From a virus: a DNA stretch of 64,000 nucleotides. Shown one piece after another: positions 18,000 through 27,990 of the stretch (positions are counted from its first letter, which is position 1; each line of letters opens with the position of its first letter). The stretch lies in IMG/VR virus record IMGVR_UViG_3300033233_000009, positions 1 through 64,000 of that record, one strand, 5' to 3'. Made by a program: the position numbers and the translations under genes. Below the pieces are notes generated by a model. The model searched no databases and was not told the origin of the DNA. It saw nothing but the letters and a program-made list of their open reading frames with translations.

Positions 18000-20845
18000 G
18001 CGACCCTGAGGCCAGGGACGGCGCGCCGAAGGAACCGAAGCCGAAGCGCCCGATGAACGACGCGCAGCGCGCGGCGCTGGCGAAGGGCCAGGCCGCCCTG
18101 GCCGCCCGGCGTGCGGAGCGCAAGGCGAACGGCCTGGTGCAGACGACCTCGGCGGAGCTGCGAGAGGTGCGCGCCGCACGGGAGGCGCCGCCGACCGTCG
18201 CCGCCGCGCCGGAGCCCGAGCGCGACGATGACGATCCGCCGGAGTCCCGCCGCGGCGCCACGGTCACGCCGATCCGCACCATCGACGACGTGATCCGGCG
18301 CCACGCGGAGGACGAGCCGCCGCCCATCGAGCAGGTCGCGCGCGAGACGCGGCTCTACACGGTCGGGTCCGATCCGCTGCCGCCACCGGAGGACAACCCG
18401 TACCTGAACGACGGCGTGGTGGCATCGAGCGCAGGCGAGGTCGAGGATCTGGCCGGCGTGCAGCCGCCGAAGAACCTTGCGGACCTGATGAACCAGTGCC
18501 CGACGATCGGCGACGGGCAGTACTACATCGAAGTGATCCGGCGCGCGCCGCAGCAGTACGGCGGCGTGATCTGCAAGGGTACGCAGCGCCCGATCCAGCA
18601 GTACATGACCGATCGCGACTTCGTGAGCAGCTACGGAGGCGGCGACTACACGCTCGTTCTCTACGGCCCACCGAAGCGGGGCGGCGTCGTGGATCCGCGC
18701 ACGGGCCGCATGCGGCACAAGGCGCTGTCGCCGCCCGTGAAGATCGAAATCTCTCCCTCGGTGTACCCACCGAACCTCCAGGCGGCCGTGCTGCACGACG
18801 ACGAACAAGGCGAAAGTGAAGGCGACGACATGCGATACATTCAGCCAGGTTTCTCCCCGAGCGTGCCGATGCGACCTACCACGACGGCCGACGCGCGCAT
18901 GCTGGAGGTGCAGCTAGAGCACGAGGAAAAGATGCGGGCCCGCGAGGAGGCGAAGGAACGCGAGCTGCGCGAGCAGCAGGCCGGCGTGAGCGCCTCGCTC
19001 GGGCCGATGCTCGACGTCGTGCACCGCAACAGCATCGAGAGCGTGAAGGCGCTGGAGCGGCAGGCCGAGCACCGTGCACGCCAGGCCGAAGCGCAAGCCG
19101 AACGCGCCGAGGAGGAGAAGCGACGGGCCGAGGCCAGGGCCGAGCTGGCGCAGCGCGAGGCGCGGGAGCGCGAGGAGCGCGAGCGGAACCGCCCGACCGA
19201 CGCGGCCCAGATGGTGTCGAGCTTCGTGCAGATGGCGGAGGTGATGAAGCCGACCGACACCACGTCGGCTCCGTTGCTCGCCGCCGCGCAGGCGGAGGCC
19301 AAGGCGGCGAACCACGCGCTCGACCAGACGCGCCAGGAGATTCAGCGCCTCACGCAGCACCACAGCGCGGAGGTGCAGCGGATCCAGGACAAGGCCGCCG
19401 CGGATCTGAAGCGCGTGCAGGACGACTACCGCGAGGACGCGACCCGGCGCGCCGAGCAGGCGCGGAACGAAGCGGAGCGCCTCGACCGGCAGAACCGCGA
19501 CGAGATGAAGCGGCAGGAGGAGCGGCTGAAGGAGAACATCGAGCGGGCCGAGCGGCGCGCCGAGGATGCGGAGCGGAAGGCCGAGGCGCGCGTGCTGGAG
19601 GCCGAGACGCGCTCGGAGCGGCGCGTGCAGGAGGTGCGCGAGGAGATGCGGCGCGCGCTCGACGACCTGCGCGCGCAGAACCAGACCCGCCTCGACGACG
19701 AGCGCCGGCAGCACGACCGCGACATGAAGTCGCAGGCCGCGACCTACGAGACGCGGCTCGCCGGCCAGAAGGATATGTTCGAGAACCGGATCAGCACGGT
19801 CGGTCAGGAAATCGTCCGTCTCACGGCGGAGACCGAGCGCTGGCGCAAGGAGGCCGAGGACAACAAGGACATCGGCAAGCACATCGAGCGCGCGCAGGAA
19901 GCCGCCTCCGCGCTCGGGTGGGGCCCGTCGAACGGCGCGCCGGAGGGCCCGGAGCCGCCGCGTGACTGGAAGGAAATGATCGGTCGCATCGGGATGGATC
20001 TGGTGCAGAAGCTCCCGGAGATCGTCCAGTCCGCGGGCGAGACGGTCACGAAGATGCGCGGCACGCCGGGCCCGACGCCGGAGCAGGTGCAGGCGATGCA
20101 GTACCAGGCGATGATGGTCGGCGCGCAGAACACGATGGCGCGGCAGATGGCGGGCGTCGCGCCGACGGGACTCCCCCCGCCGCTCCGCGGGCGCGACGGC
20201 AGCGTCTTCCAGCCGACCGCGCTCCGGTTCGGGACGGAGGACGCTTCCGGGCCGCTGGACCCCGGGGCTCCGTCGCCGCGCCCGTCGTTCGATCAGTTCG
20301 GGATGGCTGCGCCGCCGCCCCCGCCGCCCCAGCAGGCGTACGCGCCGCCGGTCTACCAGCCGGGACCGGAGGCGTACGCGCCGCAGCAGACCTACCAACC
20401 GCAGGCTGCGCCGCCGCCGATGGCGCCGCAGCAGACGTACCAGCCACAAGCCGCGCCACCGATGCCGCCGCAGCAGACCTACCAGCCGCAGGCCGCGATG
20501 CCGCAGGCGCCGCAGCTACAGCAGCCGCCGGCTGCTCCGACGATGCAGGCGCCGCCGGGGTCGGTGCCCGCGGTGATCCCGCCGGAGATGATCGTCCAGT
20601 TCGCGCCGGTGCTGGAGCAGGCGCTGGCGTCCGGCGAGCCGGTGGAAAGCATCGCGCGCGAGCTGCTGCCACTCCTCGGTCGCGACAACCTGATCGCGGT
20701 CGTGCGCGGACTGAAGACGGAGCGCGTCGTGGCCGAGTTGCAGAAGGCCGGTATGAGCGCGAGCCCCCTGGTCCGCCGTCAGGGGCAGCAGTTCCTGCGT
20801 GACCTGTGGGCCGCTGCGAACGTGGTGCTCGGGCAGGGCGGATGA
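17996..20845 (+). CDS. Large coiled-coil protein with a Pro/Gln-rich repeat tail
   Basis: 949 aa; long E/R/A heptad region; PQQTYQPQAA repeats at about 20380-20500. Confidence 0.85.
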   Translation: MSDPEARDGAPKEPKPKRPMNDAQRAALAKGQAALAARRAERKANGLVQTTSAELREVRAAREAPPTVAAAPEPERDDDDPPESRRGATVTPIRTIDDVIRRHAEDEPPPIEQVARETRLYTVGSDPLPPPEDNPYLNDGVVASSAGEVEDLAGVQPPKNLADLMNQCPTIGDGQYYIEVIRRAPQQYGGVICKGTQRPIQQYMTDRDFVSSYGGGDYTLVLYGPPKRGGVVDPRTGRMRHKALSPPVKIEISPSVYPPNLQAAVLHDDEQGESEGDDMRYIQPGFSPSVPMRPTTTADARMLEVQLEHEEKMRAREEAKERELREQQAGVSASLGPMLDVVHRNSIESVKALERQAEHRARQAEAQAERAEEEKRRAEARAELAQREAREREERERNRPTDAAQMVSSFVQMAEVMKPTDTTSAPLLAAAQAEAKAANHALDQTRQEIQRLTQHHSAEVQRIQDKAAADLKRVQDDYREDATRRAEQARNEAERLDRQNRDEMKRQEERLKENIERAERRAEDAERKAEARVLEAETRSERRVQEVREEMRRALDDLRAQNQTRLDDERRQHDRDMKSQAATYETRLAGQKDMFENRISTVGQEIVRLTAETERWRKEAEDNKDIGKHIERAQEAASALGWGPSNGAPEGPEPPRDWKEMIGRIGMDLVQKLPEIVQSAGETVTKMRGTPGPTPEQVQAMQYQAMMVGAQNTMARQMAGVAPTGLPPPLRGRDGSVFQPTALRFGTEDASGPLDPGAPSPRPSFDQFGMAAPPPPPPQQAYAPPVYQPGPEAYAPQQTYQPQAAPPPMAPQQTYQPQAAPPMPPQQTYQPQAAMPQAPQLQQPPAAPTMQAPPGSVPAVIPPEMIVQFAPVLEQALASGEPVESIARELLPLLGRDNLIAVVRGLKTERVVAELQKAGMSASPLVRRQGQQFLRDLWAAANVVLGQGG

Positions 20846-21174
20846 GCTTCGCCGACGAGCGCGACCCGGACCCGCCCGCTGGCACCGCGAGCGCGAGCGT
20901 GATCACGGTCGAGCCCGTCGGGCAGGGGGTCTCGGTGAGCTTCACCCGCGGCGGGGTGATGCTGATGCGGGTCTGGATGGCCAGCACCGTCGCGCGTCGC
21001 ATGGAGGGCGACCTCGACGCAGTGACCCCGCTCATGCAGGCCGCGGAGAACGCCGCCGCGTACGCGCGCGTCGTCCATCTGTTTCGCGACGTGGTGCGCA
21101 GCGGCGGCACCGGCGGCGCGGTGGAGTTACCCGACGATCTGCCTGGACAGCTATTCCTCCGCCTACTCCACTGA
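20842..21174 (+). CDS. Hypothetical protein
   Basis: ATGA overlap; MSFADERDPDPP. Confidence 0.55.
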   Translation: MSFADERDPDPPAGTASASVITVEPVGQGVSVSFTRGGVMLMRVWMASTVARRMEGDLDAVTPLMQAAENAAAYARVVHLFRDVVRSGGTGGAVELPDDLPGQLFLRLLH

Positions 21175-21184
21175 GGGACCACCG

Positions 21185-21514
21185 ATGAATCGCAAGGAAC
21201 GACGCGCCGCCAAGGCACAGGACCGGGTGAACGGAAGCGGCGTGCCGCTGGTGCCGCTGGTGATGCTCGACCTGGCGTGCGCCGGCTCGATGTCGGAGCC
21301 CCGGCAGGAGTGCATGCGGCGCCTCACGGTGCCCATGCCGTTCGACCTGGAGGGCCTCCGCATGGAGGGGAACCGGTACGGCTGGTTCGTGACCGTCGTG
21401 ACGCCGCCCGGGACGAGCCCCCTGGCCGTGACCGTGCTCTGCCCGACCTGCGCCGAGGCCCTGATCCCCGAGCTGGCCGCTGTGGCCCGCCGGGTGCGGC
21501 CCGGCAGCGCCTAG
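21185..21514 (+). CDS. Hypothetical Zn-binding protein
   Basis: Start MNRKERRA; C...C and CPTC motifs. Confidence 0.65.
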   Translation: MNRKERRAAKAQDRVNGSGVPLVPLVMLDLACAGSMSEPRQECMRRLTVPMPFDLEGLRMEGNRYGWFVTVVTPPGTSPLAVTVLCPTCAEALIPELAAVARRVRPGSA

Positions 21515-21579
21515 CCCGGGGTTCTGGCCCCGGCGGTGGCAGCCTTGACGCCAGTGGCAGCATGTGCCAGGGTGGGGGC

Positions 21580-22138
21580 ATGACCGACGCCGAAGCGGAA
21601 CGCATGGTCGAGGAACTACGGGAGTCCGTCGAGACGACGCTGCGCGCGTTGCTCGTGCGGGCGCCGCGGACGACTCCGGCCTGCGTGGGGATCGTCGCGC
21701 GCGACGGCGTCGCCGCGCAGGTGAAGGCGACGAGCGCGGCGGGGTACGCCGCGGTCCCGATGCCGGCTGCCGAGGACCCGGGGCGACCGCTCTACGACGC
21801 GGTCGGTGCGGCACTGCGGCGACCGAGGACCGCGGATCAGGAGTGGATCGTGCTCGTGCACCACGACACGGCCGGCGTGCGCGTCGCGGTGCTCACGTTT
21901 GCGTTCGCGACCAAGGTGCGCCGGAGCCTCGCCGAGGTGCTCCCGGAGCCGCGTGCGGAGGACGAACGGCGCGCGGAGGAGCTGGGCAGCGCGCTGTTCA
22001 TGCCGGACCAGCAACTCGGCTCGGTGGGCGAGTGCGTGGAGCAGGTGGACGGCGCCATGCGCGCGTTCGCCGACATGGTCGCCGAGGGGCGCGCCCTGGG
22101 AGTCGCGCTGACGACGTACGGGCGCGGGATGATCAACT
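21580..22138 (+). pseudogene. 5' part of a viral gene interrupted by the IS1595 element
   Basis: MTDAEAERMV...GRGMIN joins in frame to 26114 once the element and one TSD copy are removed; promoter TTGACG-17-CAGGGT upstream. Confidence 0.8.
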
Positions 22139-22204
22139 GGCGATTATGCACTTAACAAATAGGCGACTTTGCAGCCGCGACGGAAATTCCGGCCCCCGCC
22201 AGCC

Positions 22205-22381
22205 CTACTTGCTCCGGTCGCCCTCGGGCTGACTGGCGCTCGCCGAGCGCTTCTTAGGCACCTTCTCACCACCCTTTGGTGGGACCGCCAAAGCCCGCCC
22301 CATCATGGCGTCGAAGTTCGACGAGTCCAAGTGGATGTCAGGCTCTCTCGCCTTCGATGCTGCCTTCGACTTCGGATTCAT
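22205..22381 (-). CDS. 58-aa IS passenger peptide (not in the ORF track)
   Basis: Manual translation MNPKSKAASKAREPDIHLDSSNFDAMMGRALAVPPKGG...; the ATG overlaps the toxin stop (ATGA). Confidence 0.5.
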   Translation of the reverse strand: MNPKSKAASKAREPDIHLDSSNFDAMMGRALAVPPKGGEKVPKKRSASASQPEGDRSK

Positions 22382-22656
22382 TTATACACGTCCTTTCTGT
22401 CGTCTATGTCGAGCACTATCACCTCGGTTGGTTTCTCTCGGACCACGTACAGGATGCGGTAGTCACCCGACCGTTCCCGGTAGATCGGTTCACCGGTCGC
22501 AGCGGTTTCACCGCACAGTTTTTTCGATCCGGGAGGGTGGGGGTCATGTTGCAGCGCCCTTGCCTTTCGTGTGACCTGTCTACGGAGTTTGTGCTGTTGG
22601 ATATTTGTCAGGTATTTCAGCGCCACCCTGGTGAACGCGAATCCGATAAGTGCCAT
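22378..22656 (-). CDS. RelE/ParE-family toxin
   Basis: FTRVALKYL...L..DPHPPGSKKL...YRERSGDYRILY.V....VIVLDIDDRKDVYK. Confidence 0.88.
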   Translation of the reverse strand: MALIGFAFTRVALKYLTNIQQHKLRRQVTRKARALQHDPHPPGSKKLCGETAATGEPIYRERSGDYRILYVVREKPTEVIVLDIDDRKDVYK

Positions 22657-22665
22657 CCGCGTTAC

Positions 22666-25086
22666 CTACAATTCCAACCGATTCAGCTCTTGTTCTAGTT
22701 CCTTTCCTCGCACGAGCTGGTCCTGGTCGCGCCCTATCTCGACGAGGCGCGTTCGCGCAACGCTAACATCATCCGCCTCTTCTGCGTTCGACAAAGCTAG
22801 GCGTTTTATTTGCTCGGCGTTTTCTATCGACAATCGCACCCGGCCCAGTAGTGCAGCGTTGGTTGGAAGTCGGAAGCGAGCGATACGGGAGGGGGTCACC
22901 TTCCGGCCGTAATTGAACCGCCAGCGCTCCATACGAGCTATGGCCGCTGCCACGTAGAGCAACGCCGGATCTGCTCCCTTCTTAGAGACCAGGATGAGCG
23001 CATCGTCGGCCACGCCGCATGGCCATTCTTGAACATGGGCTTCCCCGATGCTCCCGGTGCTGGGGACAGTAACAAACGGGGGCACTAGCAAGGCTTCAAA
23101 GTCGAAGAAGCCGTAACAACCATTGTCCGTACCGCTGGACGAAACGACCGGCACAAGTCCTGGGGCGAGCATACTCTTGTCATGCAGGGCTTTCGTTCCG
23201 TAACCGATATGGAAATAAGCCCCAATAGTGTCCGAAGCGTCGTCAAGCGCGCGGCTCCTCTTGGGGGCTGTTGGGATCAGTTCTTTGCGGGCGACAGCTC
23301 TTTCTAAGCGGCACAACTCGTGGGCATGTAAGGCGGCGAACGCTCCCTGACTCCGAGCTAGCCCTGCAACTTCTTCCTCGATCTGTGCCTCGGTGAAAAT
23401 CTCTGCTGGGATGTATGCGCCCGGTTCCCAGCCATCGTCATGCACAACAGTAGCCCACCCACAGTACCCCGGGATGACATCGTGATTGCGGTACGCTGCG
23501 AGTGTTTGCGTTAGTTGCTCCCCTGTCCTTGGCACACGCATGTTCTTCTTTCGCTTGAGTCCGTCGTTCTCGATTCGCGCGAAAAACACCTTCTTACCTG
23601 CCGGATGCGGCGTACCCTTCGTAAGAACTAGGATCGCCGGATACACCGATGCGTATGGTTGAAATAATTGGTCGGGCAGCTTGATTACGGCGGTGAGCGT
23701 ATGGTGTTTGAGGATGCCCTCGCGCCATGCCTGCTTCTGCTTCTTCACGGCGAGAGACCTAGGCACGATCATCGCGAGCGTGCCGCCGTGTTTGAGGCCC
23801 TCAAGAGCGCGCTCGACGAACCTCTCGGGCGGCGTGTCCGTTTTCTTATGAGGGAATGGCGGGTTCATCAGAACGACGTTGGCCTTGCCGACCGGGTAGT
23901 CCCCGGCCGTGAAGCAGTCGTCCTTGCGAATGCCCGTCGAACCGTCACCGCGCAAGATCATATTCGCGACGCACAGCGCGGCGGTCACCGGCTCTTGGTC
24001 GAACCCGATGAGGTTCTTCTTCACCATCGCGACCATCTGCACGCGCGAGAGTTTGTGCTCACGCACGACGCGATTCATGGAAGCGATGAGGAACCCTCCA
24101 GTGCCGCACGCAGGATCGAGAACTACGTCGTTCAGGCTGATATTCGTCAGGTCGGTCATAAACGCGGCGATGTGACGCGGCGTGAAATACTGACCGATGG
24201 TGTTCCCTCCTGTGTAATGGAAGAACGTCTCGTAGAGCTGGCCGAGGTAGTCGTGCTCGGCGGTGAGCACGGTTACGTTGAGGCGCTCCAAGATCGTCGT
24301 GATCCGACGCGCCTTGACGGCGAGCACGTCGTTCGCCTCGTCTACCCGTAGGCTCGCGGCGAGATCAGGCTTCCTCGCCTTCCAGAACGCCTTGCGGCAC
24401 GCCTCGTTTATGTCGCCGAGGATGTTCTCGGCGTCTCTGCGAATCGCGCCCTTCGACTGCCATAACGCCAACATTGTAGCGCCCACCACAGCGGGCCGCG
24501 CGGCGTCCGTAATCCCGGCTTCGCGAAGCAGACGGTTGATCTCGTCCGCCCGATCCGCGAGCACCTCGACGGGTGGGATCGACGGGCGCATTTCGGCGGT
24601 CGTGTTGGGCGCAAGAAGACGCTCCACGTCTTCGCGGTTTGGCATCCACGTAATCGGATTGCCGTCGTAGGTGACCGGAACCCACTTCTTGCCGTTCCAC
24701 TTGAATGCACGAACGGCGAAGTCGTCCTCAGACGTGCCCGCAACAGCGATGGCAATAGGAGTAGCGCCCGCATCGACCATCGCCATCCCGTAATCGCGGG
24801 TGACTTCCTTCTCGGCCAGCGCGAGACCAGCAAGCGTACCTTTGGCCTCGATCACCACAAGCGGTTGCAACGCGCGGTCAACGAGGATGGCTTCCGGTAG
24901 CCCTGCGCCCCCACCGCCAGACTTGCTCCGACCCTTGAAAATGTCGAGTAGGTGCGTGTGATCCTTGTACTCGTGTTGACGGAGCATCGCGCCGTTCGGC
25001 GGGCGGCGTGTGTCCCAACCTTGCGCTGCGAGTAGCTCCGTCAGGAGTACCTCTGTACGGACTTCAGCGACGCGCATGGGGCTCAT
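22666..25086 (-). CDS. Single-chain restriction-modification enzyme (nuclease-like domain + N6-adenine MTase + TRD; Type IIG/BcgI-like) with an antitoxin-like tail
   Basis: LPE...IEAK nuclease-like motif; GQYFTPRH, VLDPACGTGGFL, MNPPF; TRD-like PVVSSSGTDNG...RFNYGRK. Confidence 0.85.
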   Translation of the reverse strand: MSPMRVAEVRTEVLLTELLAAQGWDTRRPPNGAMLRQHEYKDHTHLLDIFKGRSKSGGGGAGLPEAILVDRALQPLVVIEAKGTLAGLALAEKEVTRDYGMAMVDAGATPIAIAVAGTSEDDFAVRAFKWNGKKWVPVTYDGNPITWMPNREDVERLLAPNTTAEMRPSIPPVEVLADRADEINRLLREAGITDAARPAVVGATMLALWQSKGAIRRDAENILGDINEACRKAFWKARKPDLAASLRVDEANDVLAVKARRITTILERLNVTVLTAEHDYLGQLYETFFHYTGGNTIGQYFTPRHIAAFMTDLTNISLNDVVLDPACGTGGFLIASMNRVVREHKLSRVQMVAMVKKNLIGFDQEPVTAALCVANMILRGDGSTGIRKDDCFTAGDYPVGKANVVLMNPPFPHKKTDTPPERFVERALEGLKHGGTLAMIVPRSLAVKKQKQAWREGILKHHTLTAVIKLPDQLFQPYASVYPAILVLTKGTPHPAGKKVFFARIENDGLKRKKNMRVPRTGEQLTQTLAAYRNHDVIPGYCGWATVVHDDGWEPGAYIPAEIFTEAQIEEEVAGLARSQGAFAALHAHELCRLERAVARKELIPTAPKRSRALDDASDTIGAYFHIGYGTKALHDKSMLAPGLVPVVSSSGTDNGCYGFFDFEALLVPPFVTVPSTGSIGEAHVQEWPCGVADDALILVSKKGADPALLYVAAAIARMERWRFNYGRKVTPSRIARFRLPTNAALLGRVRLSIENAEQIKRLALSNAEEADDVSVARTRLVEIGRDQDQLVRGKELEQELNRLEL

Positions 25087-26057
25087 TCCCCGCCCGCCTT
25101 CGGCGGCTTGAGCATGAGCCGCTTGCCTTCGATGAGTCGGATCGCTTCCACCGACCGTTCCCCGTCCGTGACCTTGCGGGTGTTGTACTTGAAGTCCAAC
25201 TCCGCGAAGTAGAGATCCGTGTGCTCGCGGCTGATGTTGTGGTGAGTCCCGTCGATGCTCCGCTTCGAGTTTCCGAAGAAGCCCTCCACTGTGTTCGTCG
25301 TCGCCTTGCGTCCTGTAGCCGCATCGTCCCGAGCGTACTCTTCCCGGCTGTGGTTCACCGTGTCATGGGACGCGAAGTCCTGGCCTACAGCCTTGTAGAC
25401 CGATGACTCGTCCGTGTTGAGGCGCGCGGTGCGAGCGATCTGCCTTCGGAGGAGCTTGCCCATCTCGTCTCCGTTGACCATCGTGGCGACCTGGGATCGG
25501 ACTCGGCCGCCGCGCTCGACGAGAGACACCACCGGAGTCTTGTTGCCGACGTAGCCGCGTCCCTTGCGCCGCACCTTGCCGCCCATGTACGTCTCGTCAG
25601 CTTCTACGGTCCCGTCGAGTTGGTCGTCTGGAAACGAATCCTTGAGGGCGTACCGGATGCGGTGACACATGAACAGAGCAGAGCGGTAGGAGCCAAGCTC
25701 AAGCTGGCGCTGAAGTTGGAGCGCTGACACCTGGGTCTTGGAGGCGCACATCATGTAGAAGGCGATCAGCCACTTGTTGAGCGGAATGTGAGAATCCTCA
25801 CAGACAGTGCCAACCGTGACCGTGAATTGCTGGGCGCAGGCGGCGCAGCGATACAGCCCTGCTCGAATCTTGGCTTTGGGGTTCGCGGTGATCTTGCTGA
25901 TGCACGCCTGATCGATGTTGCCGCAGTGGGGGCAGGACGGACCGTTCGGCCACCGGACCGACTCCATGTAGGCGCGAGCTGCCGCCTCAGTGGAAAACCG
26001 CTGACAGACGGAAATCAGTGTCAGGTCGCGGCCTTCCGGGTCCCAGTTCGTCGTCAT
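25083..26057 (-). CDS. IS1595-family (ISXO2-like) transposase
   Basis: Zn ribbon RWPNGPSCPHCG...CAAC; VEADETYMGG, LNTDE, TVNHS..EY, TNTVEGFF, Y.AE.DFKYN. Confidence 0.95.
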   Translation of the reverse strand: MTTNWDPEGRDLTLISVCQRFSTEAAARAYMESVRWPNGPSCPHCGNIDQACISKITANPKAKIRAGLYRCAACAQQFTVTVGTVCEDSHIPLNKWLIAFYMMCASKTQVSALQLQRQLELGSYRSALFMCHRIRYALKDSFPDDQLDGTVEADETYMGGKVRRKGRGYVGNKTPVVSLVERGGRVRSQVATMVNGDEMGKLLRRQIARTARLNTDESSVYKAVGQDFASHDTVNHSREEYARDDAATGRKATTNTVEGFFGNSKRSIDGTHHNISREHTDLYFAELDFKYNTRKVTDGERSVEAIRLIEGKRLMLKPPKAGGE

Positions 26058-26063
26058 CCGTCA

Positions 26064-26092
26064 AGAATAGGGGGCGGCGGGGTGTTTGTCAA
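26064..26092 (-). promoter_or_regulatory. Transposase promoter with its -35 inside the TIR; leaderless
   Basis: TTGACA-17-TATTCT, 6 nt before the ATG at 26057. Confidence 0.7.
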
Positions 26093-26113
26093 GTGCATAA
26101 TCGCCGATCAACT

Positions 26114-27144
26114 GGGTCGTGCAACGTGGTCCCCGTGCGCGCTGCGCGACACGCCAGTCGCTCATGCTGCGCACGCTGCTCGCATGGGGGTTCGAGGAGG
26201 AGGCGCGTTGGCTCCAGCACGTGGCGGCGGTCGCCGCGGATCTGGTGCTTCCGCCGCCGACCTCCGCGCAGAACACCGAGGTGCTCGGCATGAGCGCGGC
26301 GGTGCTGTTCGGGACGTTCGACCCGGACCTGCCGACCGAGGAGGCGTACGAGCAGGCGAGCCTCGCGGAGCACCTCTGCGACGCGGCGTTCCCGCACTTC
26401 CTGCGGGCCGGTCTGCTGGAGGTCGAGCTGGACGACCGGGGCCTGCGCGTGGTGCTGCCCGGCATCCAGAAGTTCCTGGGGGCGTGGCGCGAGGGCGCCT
26501 TCCCTCGCCTGGAGGTCTCCCACAAACTCGCCGCAGCGCTCTGCCTCACCGAGATACCGGACGCGGACACGCTGCACTCGCCCTGGCGGGCATGGTCGCT
26601 GCTCGTACCGAACGGGCTACTCGGGGACGCCCAGCCGCAGCGCGTGTGGTGCGTCGGCGCGGAGCCACGCTACCTCGTGAGCAAGACCGGCGCGGTCACG
26701 GGCTGGTCGGAGGAGCACGCGGGCGGCGCGGTCGCGGCGGACATGCTGCGCTCGCTCGTGCGCGGCGCGTGCGTCGTGCTGAGTGACCCCGAGCGGAAGC
26801 GTACGGAGGGCCGCTGGGGTACGCCTGCGGCGGCGCCGCACACGCGAGCGAAGCGCCCGACCGGCACGGCGCCCGAGGGCGCGCGCTACGTTCTCGCGCA
26901 GCCCGTCACGATCGACCTGCGCGACACCGTGACCGAGGCGATCACCGGCAAGCGACGCGGTGGAAGTCCCAAGGTGCAGTTCCTGGTGCGCGGGCACCTC
27001 ACCCATCAGGCGCACGGCCCGCGGCATTCGCTCCGCCGGGTGCAGTGGATCGAACCCTTCTGGAAGGGCGATCCCGCAGCCCGGGTGCTGCTCCGCGGCC
27101 ACCGCGTGCAGGACGCCGCGACGCCGGAAAAGCCCGGCACCTGA
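26114..27144 (+). pseudogene. 3' part of the IS-interrupted gene
   Basis: Continues (W)VVQRGPRARC...; the C-terminal motif VRGHLTHQAHGPRHSLRRVQWIEPFWKG is recalled from uncharacterised phage proteins. Confidence 0.8.
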
Positions 27145-27234
27145 GCGCGGTCGCACGTTTCTTGCGGGGCTCGCCGGGTAGCGAGTAAGCTCCGGGCTGG
27201 TTCGGATTTTCGGGTCGGACTGCCAGGCACCGCC

Positions 27235-27990
27235 ATGCCCTACGCCTCTCCCAAAGACCCCCGCCGCGTCGTCTCTCAGCATCGCTACAACACGAGCGAG
27301 AAGGGGCGCAAGGCCATGCTCGCGTGGCGCAACGCCCACCGCGGGCGACTTGCTCAGTATTACAGCACCGACAAAGCGAAGGAGTGGATGCGGACCTCGC
27401 GTCAACGGATGCAGGCGGACCCGGAGCGGAAGCGCAAGAACGCCGAGGCGCAGCGTCGGTACAACCAGAGCGAGAAGGGTCGTCTCGCTTTCAAGCGAAG
27501 GGAGGCGAGCAACCGAGTGAAGTTGGGGCTCGGGCCGCCACGGCAGAAGCTCAGTCCAGAGGAGAAGAAGCAACGCCGTAAGGAATCACTGTTACGCTAC
27601 CGCGAATCCGGCAAAGCCAAGGTGTGTCAGGATCGTTTCTACGCAACCGAGTACGGTAAGCAGGCCAGCCTGGTTCGCGTCGAGCGGCGCCGATGCCTGC
27701 TGATGAGCGTTGGCGGTACGTTCACGTCCGACGAGTGGCGCGCGATGCTCCGGGCCTTCGGTTATCGCTGCACCTACTGCGGATGCGGAGGCAAGATGAC
27801 GATCGACCACGTTGTTCCGATCAGCAGCAACGGGCGTCACGAGCGTGCGAACATCGTGCCCTCCTGCCTGCGCTGCAACATCAAGAAACACAAGCACGAC
27901 CTGGCAGTAGCCTGCGCCAGACTGACGATCGATCTGCCTGCCTTTAACCAGCGGCGCGCCGCTGGCCTCGCGCGACTGGATGCCGCATGA
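27235..27990 (+). CDS. HNH (homing-type) endonuclease
   Basis: Basic helical repeats, then CTYCG...TIDHVVP.....H...NIVPSCLRCNIKK. Confidence 0.88.
   Translation: MPYASPKDPRRVVSQHRYNTSEKGRKAMLAWRNAHRGRLAQYYSTDKAKEWMRTSRQRMQADPERKRKNAEAQRRYNQSEKGRLAFKRREASNRVKLGLGPPRQKLSPEEKKQRRKESLLRYRESGKAKVCQDRFYATEYGKQASLVRVERRRCLLMSVGGTFTSDEWRAMLRAFGYRCTYCGCGGKMTIDHVVPISSNGRHERANIVPSCLRCNIKKHKHDLAVACARLTIDLPAFNQRRAAGLARLDAA

Larger units (their letters stand above)
22139..26105 (-). mobile_element. IS1595-family transposon with cargo genes (3967 bp)
   Basis: TIRs GGCGATTATGCACTT(A/G)ACAAA(T/C)A at 22139-22161 and 26083-26105 (21/23 match); 8-bp TSD GATCAACT at 22131-22138 and 26106-26113; lower GC than the flanks. 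Confidence 0.95.

Noticed and set aside
17996-20845. Tape-measure or SMC protein
   Set aside because: No tail genes nearby, no Walker motifs or hinge, and a Pro/Gln tail atypical of either.
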